From assembly GCF_937127095.1 (NCBI RefSeq), contig NZ_CAKZLP010000059.1:1128-65127 (forward strand): a stretch of 64,000 bases of DNA, given 5' to 3'. This DNA is from an uncultured Amphritea sp. GTDB taxonomy: Bacteria; Pseudomonadota; Gammaproteobacteria; Pseudomonadales; Balneatricaceae. Numbering within the stretch: the first letter of the stretch is position 1; the number at the start of each line of letters is the position of its first letter. The position numbers and the translations under genes were made by a program. Positions 21,650-31,670 of the stretch are shown one piece after another. Below the pieces are notes generated by a model, which saw only the letters and a program-made list of their open reading frames with translations, ran no database searches and was not told where the DNA came from.

Positions 21650-22663
21650 TCAGCTTTCTGGCCGCAGGCTTTCTCCTGCCTCCAGGCGAAAAGGAAGGTC
21701 TATCACGCGCTCCGTGACCGGCTTTCCCTGCAATCGGCTCAGCAGGTTTTCCGCTGCCAGTCGTCCCATCTCCTCGCGGGGGGTAACCACTGTTGCCAGT
21801 CGGGGAACCATCGCCCCGGAGATATCGTGGCCGTGAAAACCGGCGATGCCAATCTGCTCGGGTACCGGTATGCCCTGGCGCTGGCACTCATAGAAGGCAC
21901 CGATGGCAAGGTCATCATTGGTGCAGAAGATACCATCCAGCGAAGGGCGTTGCTGCAGTGCCTGACGCAGCAGTAGTGCTCCGCGGGTAAACGATGATGC
22001 TTCTTCCGTCTGCAGACTGAAAGGCTCCAGGTTGTGTTTGCGCATCGCCTGTTCATAACCCTGTATTTTAAGGCGGGTACGGGCGTCCATGCGGGCGGCG
22101 AAATACACGATGTTATGGTGGCCCCGACTGATCATCAGTTCAGTCATCGCAAATGATGCTGCGCTGTTATCGAAGCCGATCGCCTGCTCAATCGCGGGAG
22201 AGACCGAATCCATCATCTCGATAACCGGCACCCCGGCGGTTTTGATCATCCGGCGGACCCGTTCAGTATGGGCACTTTCCGACAGAATCAGACCGTCGAC
22301 GTTATACCCCAGCAGTGTGGCAATCCGTGCTTCCTCGGCACTCTGGCTATAACCATAGTGGGCCAGCATGGTCTGATATCCGGCGGGTTCCGTGACGGAT
22401 TCAAAACCGCGGATCACCTCAGAGAACACCTGATTGGTCAGCGAGGGCACCAGAACGCCGATGGCATGGCTCTTGGCACTGGAGAGCATGTCGGGCACCT
22501 TGTTAGGGATATAACCGAGTTCATCCAGTGCGCTCTGGATCTTTTCATGCAGCGCGATCGAGACCTGTTCAGGCTTTTTCAGGTAACGACTGACGGTCAT
22601 TTTGGTAATACCAACGCGATCCGCGACATCCTGTAGAGTGGGTCTTTTTTTCTTCGCTGTCAT
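21650..22663 (-). CDS. gntR: LacI-family gluconate repressor
   Basis: RPTLQDVADRVGITKMTVSRYL; VLVPSLTNQVF; next to gluconokinase. Confidence 0.88.
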   Translation of the reverse strand: MTAKKKRPTLQDVADRVGITKMTVSRYLKKPEQVSIALHEKIQSALDELGYIPNKVPDMLSSAKSHAIGVLVPSLTNQVFSEVIRGFESVTEPAGYQTMLAHYGYSQSAEEARIATLLGYNVDGLILSESAHTERVRRMIKTAGVPVIEMMDSVSPAIEQAIGFDNSAASFAMTELMISRGHHNIVYFAARMDARTRLKIQGYEQAMRKHNLEPFSLQTEEASSFTRGALLLRQALQQRPSLDGIFCTNDDLAIGAFYECQRQGIPVPEQIGIAGFHGHDISGAMVPRLATVVTPREEMGRLAAENLLSRLQGKPVTERVIDLPFRLEAGESLRPES

Positions 22664-22680
22664 GGTTAGCCCGAAATTTC

Positions 22681-22694
22681 TGTTACGCGTAACA
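22681..22694. promoter_or_regulatory. GntR operator upstream of gntR
   Basis: Perfect palindrome TGTTACGCGTAACA matching the TGTTA-N4-TAACA GntR consensus. Confidence 0.8.
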
Positions 22695-22702
22695 TATTAC
22701 CT

Positions 22703-22751
22703 TCATCGGCTGATCAGGCAAAGCGGGTTTTGTTTGCCTGATCAGCGATGA
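22703..22751. terminator. Long hairpin between gntK and gntR
   Basis: CATCG(G)CTGATCAGGCAAA ... TTTGCCTGATCAGCGATG. Confidence 0.6.
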
Positions 22752-22758
22752 GGATGTT

Positions 22759-23262
22759 TTAGTTGTCAGCGGCGCTGCGGATCTCCAGTGCGTTCAGAAT
22801 TTCATCGATCACCTGTTCGACCGGCTGATCGATACCGATCTCAAGCGCTTCGCCAGGCAGCGGCTCAACTAATTGCTGAAACTGGTTTTCGAGCATCTCC
22901 CGGCCATTGAAATAGTGGCCTTTACGGCTGCTATGACGTGACCAGATCGTTTCGATATCGCCCTTCAGGTAGATCAGCTGCGCATCATTGTTATGGCACA
23001 ACTGTTCACGGTACTGCGGTTTCAGGCTTGAGCAGGCCAGCACCAGATTATCTTCGTTGATGATCAACTGGTTCAGGGTCTGCAACCAGCCATGACGATC
23101 CTCATCATTCAGCGGTATTCCCTGACGCATCTTCTCGACGTTTTCCGGCGGATGAAAATCGTCGCCATCAAAGAATGGCACCTGCAGGTGTTCTGCCAGT
23201 AGTGAGCCAACCCGTGACTTACCACTACCGGAGACGCCCATTACAATGTACTTATTGTTCAT
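22759..23262 (-). CDS. gntK: Gluconokinase
   Basis: MGVSGSGKS, DGDDFHP, PLNDEDR, LACSSLK. Confidence 0.93.
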   Translation of the reverse strand: MNNKYIVMGVSGSGKSRVGSLLAEHLQVPFFDGDDFHPPENVEKMRQGIPLNDEDRHGWLQTLNQLIINEDNLVLACSSLKPQYREQLCHNNDAQLIYLKGDIETIWSRHSSRKGHYFNGREMLENQFQQLVEPLPGEALEIGIDQPVEQVIDEILNALEIRSAADN

Positions 23263-23274
23263 AGCATCTGCCTC

Positions 23275-24597
23275 TTACTTCCACCACAGCGCCAGCTGAG
23301 GAAAGGCGATAACCAGTCCCAGTGCCAGCACCTGAAGTGCGATAAAGGGCACCAGCGCAGAGAAGATCTCACCCAGACTAATATCTTTAGGGGCAACCGA
23401 TTTCAGGTAGAAGGCGGCAGGTCCGAAAGGTGGCGACAGGAAAGAGACCTGCATATTCAGACAGAACACCACGCCAAACCAGATCGGGTCCAGTCCCAGG
23501 TTGGTGATGATCGGTACGAAGATCGGCATGGTCAGCAGGGCAACCCCGACCCAGTCCAGGAACATCCCCAGCACCAGCAGGATCGCCATCATGATCAGTA
23601 CCGTGGTCATTACATGGCCGTCGCTAAGTGACAGAATCACGGATTCAACAAAGTCGATACCACCCATCAGGTTGTAGACACCGACCAGCGCACTGGCACC
23701 GATGCCGATCCAGATGATCATGCCACAGGTTTGCATGGTGGCTTTGGCGCTGTCTTTGATCATCTCAAAATTCAGCTCACCGCGAATCAATGCGCTGAGC
23801 ATAATGCCCACCACGCCCAGCGCCGAGGCTTCGGTCACCGATGCGATGCCGGTGTAGATGCTGCCCAGTACGATGGCAACAGTCAGGCCCGGGAAGAACA
23901 ATGCTTTGAGGTAGTTGATATCCCGTTCATCATCGGCGGCCATCTCCTCTGCTGAGGGCAGCGGTGCCAGTGACGGATTCAGATAACAGCGGATCAGTAC
24001 ATAGGCGACATAAAAACCGGCGAGGATCGCCGCGGGCAGAAAGGCCGCTTTAAACAGTTCACCAATCGAGACGCTGGCGGTCATGCCGTAGATGATCAGC
24101 ACGATACTGGGGGGCATCATGGTGCCCAGTGCTCCGCCAGCACAGGTGGTGCCGATGGCCAGCTTGCGGTCATAGCCCAGACGTAGCATCTGCGGCAGTG
24201 CGAGAATACCCAGCAGTACCGTCTCGCCACCAATCACCCCGGACATTGAGGCGAGAATAACGGCGACAACCAGGGTCTGTACCGCCACTCCGCCGCGCAG
24301 TTTACGGCCCACTTTTTTCATCGCATCAAACAGATCTACAGCGATGCCGGAACGGTCCAGCAGCGCTGCCATCAGTACGAACATCGGCACCGCCAAAAAG
24401 ACGTAACCATTCACAAAACTGTACATGCGGCTGGTGATCAGTGGCATCGCATCGACACCAAACCAACCGATGGTGAACACCAGTGCTACCAGCCCGGTGA
24501 CGAACGCCAGTTGCATACCGGTGAGAAGAAGACATATCAGCAGCCCTAACATCAGCAGACTGCCGTAGGCGATACCGATTACAGAGAGATCAAACAT
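23275..24597 (-). CDS. TRAP transporter large subunit DctM
   Basis: LAVPMFVLMA, GGALGTMMPPS, SPPFGPAAF. Confidence 0.92.
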   Translation of the reverse strand: MFDLSVIGIAYGSLLMLGLLICLLLTGMQLAFVTGLVALVFTIGWFGVDAMPLITSRMYSFVNGYVFLAVPMFVLMAALLDRSGIAVDLFDAMKKVGRKLRGGVAVQTLVVAVILASMSGVIGGETVLLGILALPQMLRLGYDRKLAIGTTCAGGALGTMMPPSIVLIIYGMTASVSIGELFKAAFLPAAILAGFYVAYVLIRCYLNPSLAPLPSAEEMAADDERDINYLKALFFPGLTVAIVLGSIYTGIASVTEASALGVVGIMLSALIRGELNFEMIKDSAKATMQTCGMIIWIGIGASALVGVYNLMGGIDFVESVILSLSDGHVMTTVLIMMAILLVLGMFLDWVGVALLTMPIFVPIITNLGLDPIWFGVVFCLNMQVSFLSPPFGPAAFYLKSVAPKDISLGEIFSALVPFIALQVLALGLVIAFPQLALWWK

Positions 24598-25171
24598 CGG
24601 ATACCTCTCCACGATTTATCCGTCCCAGCTGACGGAAATCGTCAATCAGGTGGAGCAGAAACTGAATAAACATCACGCATACGACTAACAGAACCAGCGC
24701 TTTTGATAATGCCGGGAACACCGGGTTCCAGGCTGAACCTGAACTCTCCAGGTGCAGCTCTCCCAGCGGCGTTAGCCAGGCATTGGTGGTCATCATCCAG
24801 GCACCATAGGCCAGCATTCCGGCGAACAGCAGTCCTCCCAGCGCATGAAAGATATTCAGAAAACAGCGGGTGCGGGGTGAGACCACATCATAGATCAGCA
24901 CCACCCGGACATGCTTGTTGTTGGCCAGCGCGTAGGCGCCGCCGATAATAAACAGCGAACCGCCAATAAAGGCTGCAGATTCATGCACCCAGATGGTGGG
25001 GGCGTTGAACAGATAGCGCATCAGAATTTCGAAAAACGAGATCGCGACAGTGAACACGAACAGCAGGCTCAGCAGGTTGCCCACCCGGAGAATAGCGCGG
25101 TCCAGCCAGGTGCGGCCAGGTGCGTCTGCTTCTCGAACCGCTTCTTTGTGAATGCGTTCTTGAGCTTTCAT
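24590..25171 (-). CDS. TRAP transporter small subunit DctQ
   Basis: RYLFNAPTIWVHE, HVRVVLIY; 4 TM. Confidence 0.9.
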   Translation of the reverse strand: MKAQERIHKEAVREADAPGRTWLDRAILRVGNLLSLLFVFTVAISFFEILMRYLFNAPTIWVHESAAFIGGSLFIIGGAYALANNKHVRVVLIYDVVSPRTRCFLNIFHALGGLLFAGMLAYGAWMMTTNAWLTPLGELHLESSGSAWNPVFPALSKALVLLVVCVMFIQFLLHLIDDFRQLGRINRGEVSDV

Positions 25172-25243
25172 AAGAGTAATCCAGGGAATTAAGTGGGGCC
25201 GAACGCCCCACAGTCAGTTAACGGACAGCGCGGGGAGAGCCGC

Positions 25244-26257
25244 TTAGAGCAGGCCGTTTTCTTCAAGATAAGCGGTGATCGATTGATACACTTTCATCGC
25301 GTTATCCGACTCCTTAGCAAACTCTTCCCACTGGGAACGGGCGATCGCACGGAATTTTTTACGCTCTTCAGCAGACCAATTGTGGATGGTGATATCAGGA
25401 TTGTTTTGGGCTTCTTTCACCGCCAGTTGATCGGCGATACGCAGCTGAGTGGTGATGTCCTGAGCAAAATCACGTACAGATACCGTCAGGATCTCCTGCA
25501 GGTCTGCGGGCAGTTTGTCCCATTTCTTCTGGCTGACGGAGACGTCAATCAAGGGCAGTGAATGGAAACCCGGCTGTACCGGATGGGGTGCGATATCGTT
25601 CAGACCGGCTTTCTGGTTAGTCGAGAACACCGTGTAGTCAGCGGCATCAATAACCCCCTTGCTCAGCGCAGTAAAGACCTCGGAACCCGGCAGGTTAACC
25701 GGTGCCGCACCGGCCGCGGCAAATACTTTCTGCACCAGCCCTTCCGGTGCACGCAGCTTCAAGCCCTTAAGGTCGGCAACGCCATCGACCGGCACTTTAG
25801 AGACGAAAGATTCAACACCGGTGGTCGATCCCCCGACAAATTTCACGCCGTAGGGCGCATAGAGATCAGTCATCACCTGATAACCACCACCATAGTTGAT
25901 GTATTGCAGTAGCTGAGAGGTGTCAGACCAGGCGCCAACCGTATTGCCGATCAGGCCGAACGCAGGGTCTTTGCCGGAAAAGTAAGCGGTGGCCGTGATG
26001 TGACCATCGAGAATACCCATCTTGATCGCATCGAGGGTTTCGGTGTGTTTGATAACGCTACCTACTGGCAGCAGTTTGATCTCAAGGCGTCCGCCGGACA
26101 TCTTGCCGACCCGCTCCGCCCACTGTTGCTGAATCTGGAAGTTCTTGTCACCTGATGGATCTGACGATTGCATTTTAAAGGTAAAGTCAGCGGCGAAGGC
26201 AGAGACAGAGATCAGACCGGACAGCGCTGCGGTCAGAAGCTTGGAAGAGAGTTTCAT
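25244..26257 (-). CDS. TRAP substrate-binding protein DctP (probably gluconate)
   Basis: Signal peptide SAFA; DLKGLKLRAP, EVFTALSKGVIDA; under GntR operators. Confidence 0.9.
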   Translation of the reverse strand: MKLSSKLLTAALSGLISVSAFAADFTFKMQSSDPSGDKNFQIQQQWAERVGKMSGGRLEIKLLPVGSVIKHTETLDAIKMGILDGHITATAYFSGKDPAFGLIGNTVGAWSDTSQLLQYINYGGGYQVMTDLYAPYGVKFVGGSTTGVESFVSKVPVDGVADLKGLKLRAPEGLVQKVFAAAGAAPVNLPGSEVFTALSKGVIDAADYTVFSTNQKAGLNDIAPHPVQPGFHSLPLIDVSVSQKKWDKLPADLQEILTVSVRDFAQDITTQLRIADQLAVKEAQNNPDITIHNWSAEERKKFRAIARSQWEEFAKESDNAMKVYQSITAYLEENGLL

Positions 26258-26330
26258 CTGTAAGTTCCTGTGCTTTTTTATTCTTGGGTAAGTGTAGGTG
26301 AACAAGTGACAGATTCACAAAATGGCACGT

Positions 26331-26365
26331 TGTTACCGGTAACATTTGTGACTTTACCGGTAACA
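26331..26365. promoter_or_regulatory. Two tandem GntR operators upstream of the TRAP operon
   Basis: TGTTACCGGTAACA (26331-26344) and CTTTACCGGTAACA (26352-26365). Confidence 0.85.
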
Positions 26366-26440
26366 TTTGCATAAATCAACTGAAAATAACTCTGCTTTAT
26401 ATTTCAGGCCCAGGGATGAGCGTCAGTGCCGGGCGGCTAT

Positions 26441-27775
26441 TTATGACGCCAGAGAGAGAACCTGATCCAGCTTTTTAGCGTTGTAGGGGCTGTTTGGACG
26501 CGCCATCAAACGTTCGTTGACCAGTGCTCTCGCCAGCGGTTTTCTGCCGGCGCGTATGGCGGCTTCTAATAACGTTCGGTCGAAGATATCCCGCTGCGCA
26601 TGGCTGCCACCGAACTGTGCGGTTGTGTTTTTTATCGGCAGCAGTTTAGCGATGGTGGTGTGGTAGTCACCCTGAGTAAATGAGTAGATCGCCTCGCATA
26701 CCGGTAACCCTGTCTGCAGTGACATGCTGTGGTTGGTGGTCGTCTTATCCCCAAACAGTGCATAGTCTTTAAGATCTGATAGCAGTGTTCTGGCGGCGTC
26801 ATGATCGTTATCTGCGGCAAAGGCGATCATTGCATGGGCATCGTTAAATGCGTAGAACTGCTGGTCGCTTTTTTGCTTCCAGGAGTCGGTAAGCGTCTTC
26901 GCCCGGTTTCCCAACTCTTCATCTTCAAGATAGAGTCGCCATAGCACAGATGACGCGTCAACTAGTGCCATGGGGATCGGTTCTATGTTTTCCCAGTGGA
27001 CAAAATTATCGTAAACCTCGACCGCTTTACCTAAGTCACCGGTTTCCAGCAGGAAAAGTCCCTGATGGATGGCATTATGCGAAACCATCACATTATCGTT
27101 CTGCCAGTGTTTCTCATATGCCTGCATAAAGCTGGCACCCTGCACGTATTTATTTTGCATCTCCAGTGCATGGGCGACCGCGTGTATGCCCCAGATATCC
27201 TGAGGATTAATCTGAACCGCTTCCATCGCGACATGTTCTGCCCGTTCATAATGTCCGGCTTCTTCCAAGCCAAAACTGAGCATCCCTAACAGAAATCCAT
27301 ACAGGGGATGCTGTTTATCCCAGTCTGGCAGCACCCGGCAGACCCTGCCGCGCAGGTTGAGCGCATCCCCAAGAAAGAAGTCCAGCTGGTGGCCGCTGAG
27401 CAGTGCCATAATATCCATCGGGTATTCGATCAGAATCTCATCCAGTTGCCTGGATGCTCCAACCAGGTCGCCCTTAGCCCAGGTTTGTAACGCGCTAACG
27501 TGCATTCGCTCTCGCGGGGTCAGGCCGGATGCATCGATTGTGGCTATGGCCTTCAGACTCTCTAAGCACCATTGAAGGTCGTCACGGTCGGTGGTCCACA
27601 AATTGATATGACCGTTAAACACCTGTCCCATGACGAAGTCTGGTTCGGCTTCCAGCATCTCAATCGTGGTCGGCACCGGATTCTTAAAACGGCACAGATC
27701 AGCAATGGCAGTATTGTAGAGACTCAGCGTTGAGTTGCTGTGGACGGTGACTTCTAAGTTGGTCAGATCTTTCAT
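26441..27775 (-). CDS. TTC38-like tetratricopeptide-repeat protein
   Basis: FGLEEAG, WGIHAVAHALEM, FNDAH, GGSHAQRDIF motifs recalled for the TTC38 family. Confidence 0.75.
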   Translation of the reverse strand: MKDLTNLEVTVHSNSTLSLYNTAIADLCRFKNPVPTTIEMLEAEPDFVMGQVFNGHINLWTTDRDDLQWCLESLKAIATIDASGLTPRERMHVSALQTWAKGDLVGASRQLDEILIEYPMDIMALLSGHQLDFFLGDALNLRGRVCRVLPDWDKQHPLYGFLLGMLSFGLEEAGHYERAEHVAMEAVQINPQDIWGIHAVAHALEMQNKYVQGASFMQAYEKHWQNDNVMVSHNAIHQGLFLLETGDLGKAVEVYDNFVHWENIEPIPMALVDASSVLWRLYLEDEELGNRAKTLTDSWKQKSDQQFYAFNDAHAMIAFAADNDHDAARTLLSDLKDYALFGDKTTTNHSMSLQTGLPVCEAIYSFTQGDYHTTIAKLLPIKNTTAQFGGSHAQRDIFDRTLLEAAIRAGRKPLARALVNERLMARPNSPYNAKKLDQVLSLAS

Positions 27776-28175
27776 GAGACGGCTCCTTCGTTCTTTACTT
27801 GAGTAACAGCTGATCAGAAATCACCTGGACATCTGTATGGGTAGTACGCACCAGACTGGTGCTGGTCGCTGCAATGGAGTCTCGGTAAGCACTACGGTAT
27901 TGCGGGCAGTGCCCGGCACCCCGTTCAGGTATGCTAAAACCTCAATACCCGGGGTATGTTGCTTCGATTAATGCAATTTTTGATCCAGCCGCTATCGGTT
28001 GACCGGAGCTTACAACGGATCTGATGTTTTTTGGCTAACGGTGTCTGGTTTGGTTGCGGTCAGCAGATGAAACCGCAGGGGAGGTAGGTTCAAGGCGGAC
28101 TGTGTTGATAACCGTGTTTAAATTAAGTGGTAAACATAACAGCTCTAGTTCATAGCTCTAGCTGATCGTTCGGGC

Positions 28176-29099
28176 TCACAACTCAAGGCCAAAGGTTGGA
28201 CTATCCTCATCAAGTTGCTTAACAAAGTTGCTGATCAGTTCCTGCACTTTAAGCACTTCAGGGCGTTCGTTATGTTCCAGAGATGACCAAAGCGCGATAT
28301 CACGCCGAGATGAGGTAACGTCATCCACCCTAAGCATCTGTTCCGGAGCGATCTCTTGTGTCATCAATGCTAAGCGGGCGGGCAACCAGACCAGCATATC
28401 GGTGGTGTTTAGCAGATGGATCACCGAGCGGATGCTGCCGGTAAAGGCCATCTGTGCAGCATTGGCATCGGTCACTTCAGCCTGACGGCCAAGAAACCCG
28501 GCACTGGCCCCGGCGATAAACCACTTTTGCCGGGCGATATCCTCTTTAGTGACAGGCTCTTTTGATCCGATCAGTTTTGATTTTTTACCGGCAAAAATAC
28601 CAGACCGGTCGCGGAACAGAATCTGACGGTCCAGGGATTTCTGTGACACTGACAAATGTGCCGGTGCCAGCAGAAAATCTAACTCACCATCCTGTAGCAG
28701 CGAGATCTGTGCGGCGGCGGAACCGGTGCGGAAATGAAACGCATAGCGTTTTTCCTGCATAAAGTAATCGGTCATGTTACTTACTGTGGCAAACTCCCAG
28801 AGCGGATCGATACCGACGACAAATTCGCTTTTATAACCGCTGTGAAACTGGCGGATAACCTCTTCGCCCCTGACCGTTTCTGCCAGAATCCGTTCACCAA
28901 TCTGCGACAGCCGCGCTCCGATCTCCGTAGGAATAACACCATAACGGGTGCGCTTTAACAGCGGTGCTCCCACCTTCATTTCCAGTTGCTGGATGCTGCG
29001 GGTGAGGGTGGGTTGTGTCACATGCAGCTGTTCACAGGCACTGGTGAGAGAACCTTGTTTGACCACGATGGCTAATTGCTTCAACAGGTTAGGGTTCAT
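28176..29099 (-). CDS. LysR-family regulator
   Basis: GSLTSACEQLHVTQPTLTRSIQQLE. Confidence 0.9.
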   Translation of the reverse strand: MNPNLLKQLAIVVKQGSLTSACEQLHVTQPTLTRSIQQLEMKVGAPLLKRTRYGVIPTEIGARLSQIGERILAETVRGEEVIRQFHSGYKSEFVVGIDPLWEFATVSNMTDYFMQEKRYAFHFRTGSAAAQISLLQDGELDFLLAPAHLSVSQKSLDRQILFRDRSGIFAGKKSKLIGSKEPVTKEDIARQKWFIAGASAGFLGRQAEVTDANAAQMAFTGSIRSVIHLLNTTDMLVWLPARLALMTQEIAPEQMLRVDDVTSSRRDIALWSSLEHNERPEVLKVQELISNFVKQLDEDSPTFGLEL

Positions 29100-29462
29100 G
29101 TATGCGTATTCTTTGTGTCTGGGGCTAAAAATTGATTATTCCTTATATTGTCCGTGGTTTAAAGTGATCATTCTAATAATAAGAACGGTAGATTGATGAT
29201 GCAGCTCTATGGTGAAAGTTCTCATCGGGGTAATCCCCGTTTCTCAGGTCCTCAGGATCATTTTGTGCCGCCGGTTAAAAGGTCATCCCCTTTAAAGAGT
29301 GAAGTACAGGCTTCAGGGCTATTACTTTAGGACAGATGATTTACCACAGCACTTAATTCAGCCGACACTAATAAACCCCAGACTATACTCATATAAAAAA
29401 GAGGGCATTAGCGTTAAATTCTAATAAAACAGAACAAAAATAATCTAAATGGAATCTATGCA

Positions 29463-30482
29463 ATGAAAAAATTAATTCTAGGCAGCGTTCTGGCTTTGAC
29501 AGCAGGTGCTATGGTTCAAACCGCTCAGGCAGCAGATTTTACTTTGCGTCTGGCACACTTCTTTCCACCGGTTGCCGCGATACACAAAAATGTTGCCCAG
29601 GCGTGGGCGGATAAAGTAGTGGCCGACTCCAACGGTCGCATTGCGGTGGAGGTGTACCCCTCTTCAACGTTGGCTAAACCCCCGGCGCTCTATGATGCGG
29701 TGACCAACCGTATCGCTGATGTGTCATTGACGGTTCAGGGTTATACAGCCAACCGTTTCCCACTGACTCAGGTGGTTGAACTGCCGGGTATTACCAAAAG
29801 TGCAGCCCAGGGTTCCTGTATTATTCAGCATCTGTACGATGAAAAACTGATCAGTGAAGAGTATAGCGATACCAAGCCTTTGTTCCTCTTCACCCATGGC
29901 CCCGGCCATATTCATACCACCGAAAAACTGATTAAAGAACCGGCTGATTTTGAAGGGTTGAGAATCCGCCGTCCTACTGCAGTGGTGGCAAAACTGTTGG
30001 AAGGGCTGGGGGCTCAGCCGGTCGGAATGCCTGCTCCACAGGCATTTCAATCGGTTCAGCGGGGCGTTATCGATGGCGTCGCGCTGCCATGGGAAGGTCA
30101 GTTGACGTTTCGTATGAATGAACTGACCCCTAAACATACTGAGGTGGGTGGTTTGTATACCCTGTCGTTTCTGGTCACCATGAACAAAGATGTATACAAC
30201 AGTATGCCTGCTGATCTGCAGAAGGTGATTGACGATAACTCAGGTGAAACCTGGTCTCAGATCGCTGCCGGTGTGTTTGACGCCGCTGATGTCAGAGGAC
30301 GTGAGCAGGCGGTATCGCTGGGTCATGAGATTTATACGGTTGAAGGGGGCAGTGAAAACCCGGCCTGGAAACCTGTTTTAGATAAAGCGTCTGAAGACTA
30401 TCTGGCCGAGCTGGAAGCGAAAGGGCTACCTGCACGGGCTGTCTATGCACGTGCCAAGGAACTGGCTGCAAGCTGCCAATAA
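29463..30482 (+). CDS. Orphan TRAP substrate-binding protein (DctP family)
   Basis: LRLAHFFPP, DFEGLRIRRP, QRGVIDG; no dctQM adjacent. Confidence 0.88.
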   Translation: MKKLILGSVLALTAGAMVQTAQAADFTLRLAHFFPPVAAIHKNVAQAWADKVVADSNGRIAVEVYPSSTLAKPPALYDAVTNRIADVSLTVQGYTANRFPLTQVVELPGITKSAAQGSCIIQHLYDEKLISEEYSDTKPLFLFTHGPGHIHTTEKLIKEPADFEGLRIRRPTAVVAKLLEGLGAQPVGMPAPQAFQSVQRGVIDGVALPWEGQLTFRMNELTPKHTEVGGLYTLSFLVTMNKDVYNSMPADLQKVIDDNSGETWSQIAAGVFDAADVRGREQAVSLGHEIYTVEGGSENPAWKPVLDKASEDYLAELEAKGLPARAVYARAKELAASCQ

Positions 30483-30506
30483 CCGCGCTTAAATCTGCCA
30501 GTTAAT

Positions 30507-30548
30507 AAACCGGTGTGGCCTGTTAAATCAGACCGCGCCGGTTTTTTT
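30507..30548 (+). terminator. Rho-independent terminator
   Basis: AAACCGGTGTGG...CCGCGCCGG followed by T7. Confidence 0.7.
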
Positions 30549-30581
30549 ATGACCGCTCGGAACCCTCACAGTCAAAAGGGC

Positions 30582-30647
30582 TTGGGCTAACGGGGTTGAG
30601 CTAAAGGATTGGGCTAAAAAGGGTGGAGCTAAAAGGCGCCGCTAAGG
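30582..30647. repeat. Degenerate 13-15 bp tandem repeat with a GCTAA core (5 copies)
   Basis: GCTAA at 30586, 30600, 30613, 30628, 30641, mostly within TKGRGCTAAA. Confidence 0.55.
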
Positions 30648-30649
30648 AG

Positions 30650-30982
30650 TTAGCCGCAGCACTTTTTGTATTTCTTACCACTGCCACAGGAGCAGGGCGC
30701 GTTTCTTTCCGGTGTTTTTTCGATCTGCACGGTTTTAGGTGTGGCTAACATCGCTGTCAGCTCAACAATGTTCTCTTCACTTTCCGTATCAACAACAATG
30801 GTCGCTACCAGATCATGTTCCGCCACCATCGCTTCCACTTCCAGCTTGCGCGCTTCAGAGGTAACACTCAGCCACAATGGGCTGCTTTCGCTGCCCGGCT
30901 TAACTTTCGCCTTGGTGTTGTAACCACTCTTACCGTAGTTACCCATAATATCGGGAGTACCTTTATAGAAACATTTAGACAT
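30650..30982 (-). CDS. PBPRA1643-type SWIM/SEC-C motif protein
   Basis: C-terminal RNAPCSCGSGKKYKKCC; PLWLSVTSEARKLEV. Confidence 0.85.
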   Translation of the reverse strand: MSKCFYKGTPDIMGNYGKSGYNTKAKVKPGSESSPLWLSVTSEARKLEVEAMVAEHDLVATIVVDTESEENIVELTAMLATPKTVQIEKTPERNAPCSCGSGKKYKKCCG

Positions 30983-31212
30983 GGGTGACTCCTGAAGTTG
31001 TGTCATCGTGCTGAGGGGGCGGCATTCTAGCAGGAAACGGAGGGAAGCGGTGAATTGATTGATCTCATTCTCAGGTTGGGGCGTATAGTCTATTGCGCTT
31101 TGTAGTGTAAATCAGGACATGTTCACTGAGTCAGACTATTTTTCACGGGGAATGGTTCTTCACGTATAAAGCTAACGATTCCTTTAGTCTTTATGATTTG
31201 CTCTATATGATT

Positions 31213-31242
31213 TACTTATAGGTTTATATGAACCTATAAGTA
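31213..31242. promoter_or_regulatory. Perfect 12-bp inverted repeat, candidate operator of the wHTH gene
   Basis: TACTTATAGGTT-tatatg-AACCTATAAGTA, 78 bp upstream of ATG 31320. Confidence 0.6.
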
Positions 31243-31319
31243 GTTCGTTTGATCTGATGTAAGTGCACAAGGCTTAATAGGTCTTTGGCTTCAAGTCGGT
31301 AATCTAAGCGAGTGAGGCG

Positions 31320-31670
31320 ATGCTGGAAGGTATTTTAGGCAATATTAACAAAGAACGGGTGCTCGTTTATGTGATCGCACGTGGCCAAGGCTATCCTCGA
31401 GAGATCGCTACATTCTTTGATGCACCCCTTACGCCTATTCAGAAGCAAACAGAGAAGCTGGAAACCGCAGGAGTACTTTACAGCCGGTTTGTCGGTAGAT
31501 CCCGAGTCTATGCACTAAATCCAAGGTGCGTATATATTAACGAACTGAAGGCATTGATAAACCGGATACTGGAATTCTATCCGGAAGATGTCCAGAATGC
31601 TTTGATGAATAACCGTCGTCGTCCCCGCAAACCTGAAAAGCCATTGACGAGAACCGGTGCTAATGGATGA
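31320..31670 (+). CDS. Winged-helix (ArsR-like) protein, candidate antitoxin
   Basis: GYPREIATFFDAPLTPIQKQTEKLETAGVLYSRFVGRSRVYALNP; 8-bp overlap with the next gene. Confidence 0.7.
   Translation: MLEGILGNINKERVLVYVIARGQGYPREIATFFDAPLTPIQKQTEKLETAGVLYSRFVGRSRVYALNPRCVYINELKALINRILEFYPEDVQNALMNNRRRPRKPEKPLTRTGANG

Noticed and set aside
26305-26319. CRP-like site AGTGA...TCACA upstream of the TRAP operon
   Set aside because: The spacer is 5 bp rather than the required 6
27776-28175. Possible small gene or remnant upstream of the TTC38-like gene
   Set aside because: An open ~52-codon stretch on the minus strand has no start codon and no recognisable family; not called as a feature
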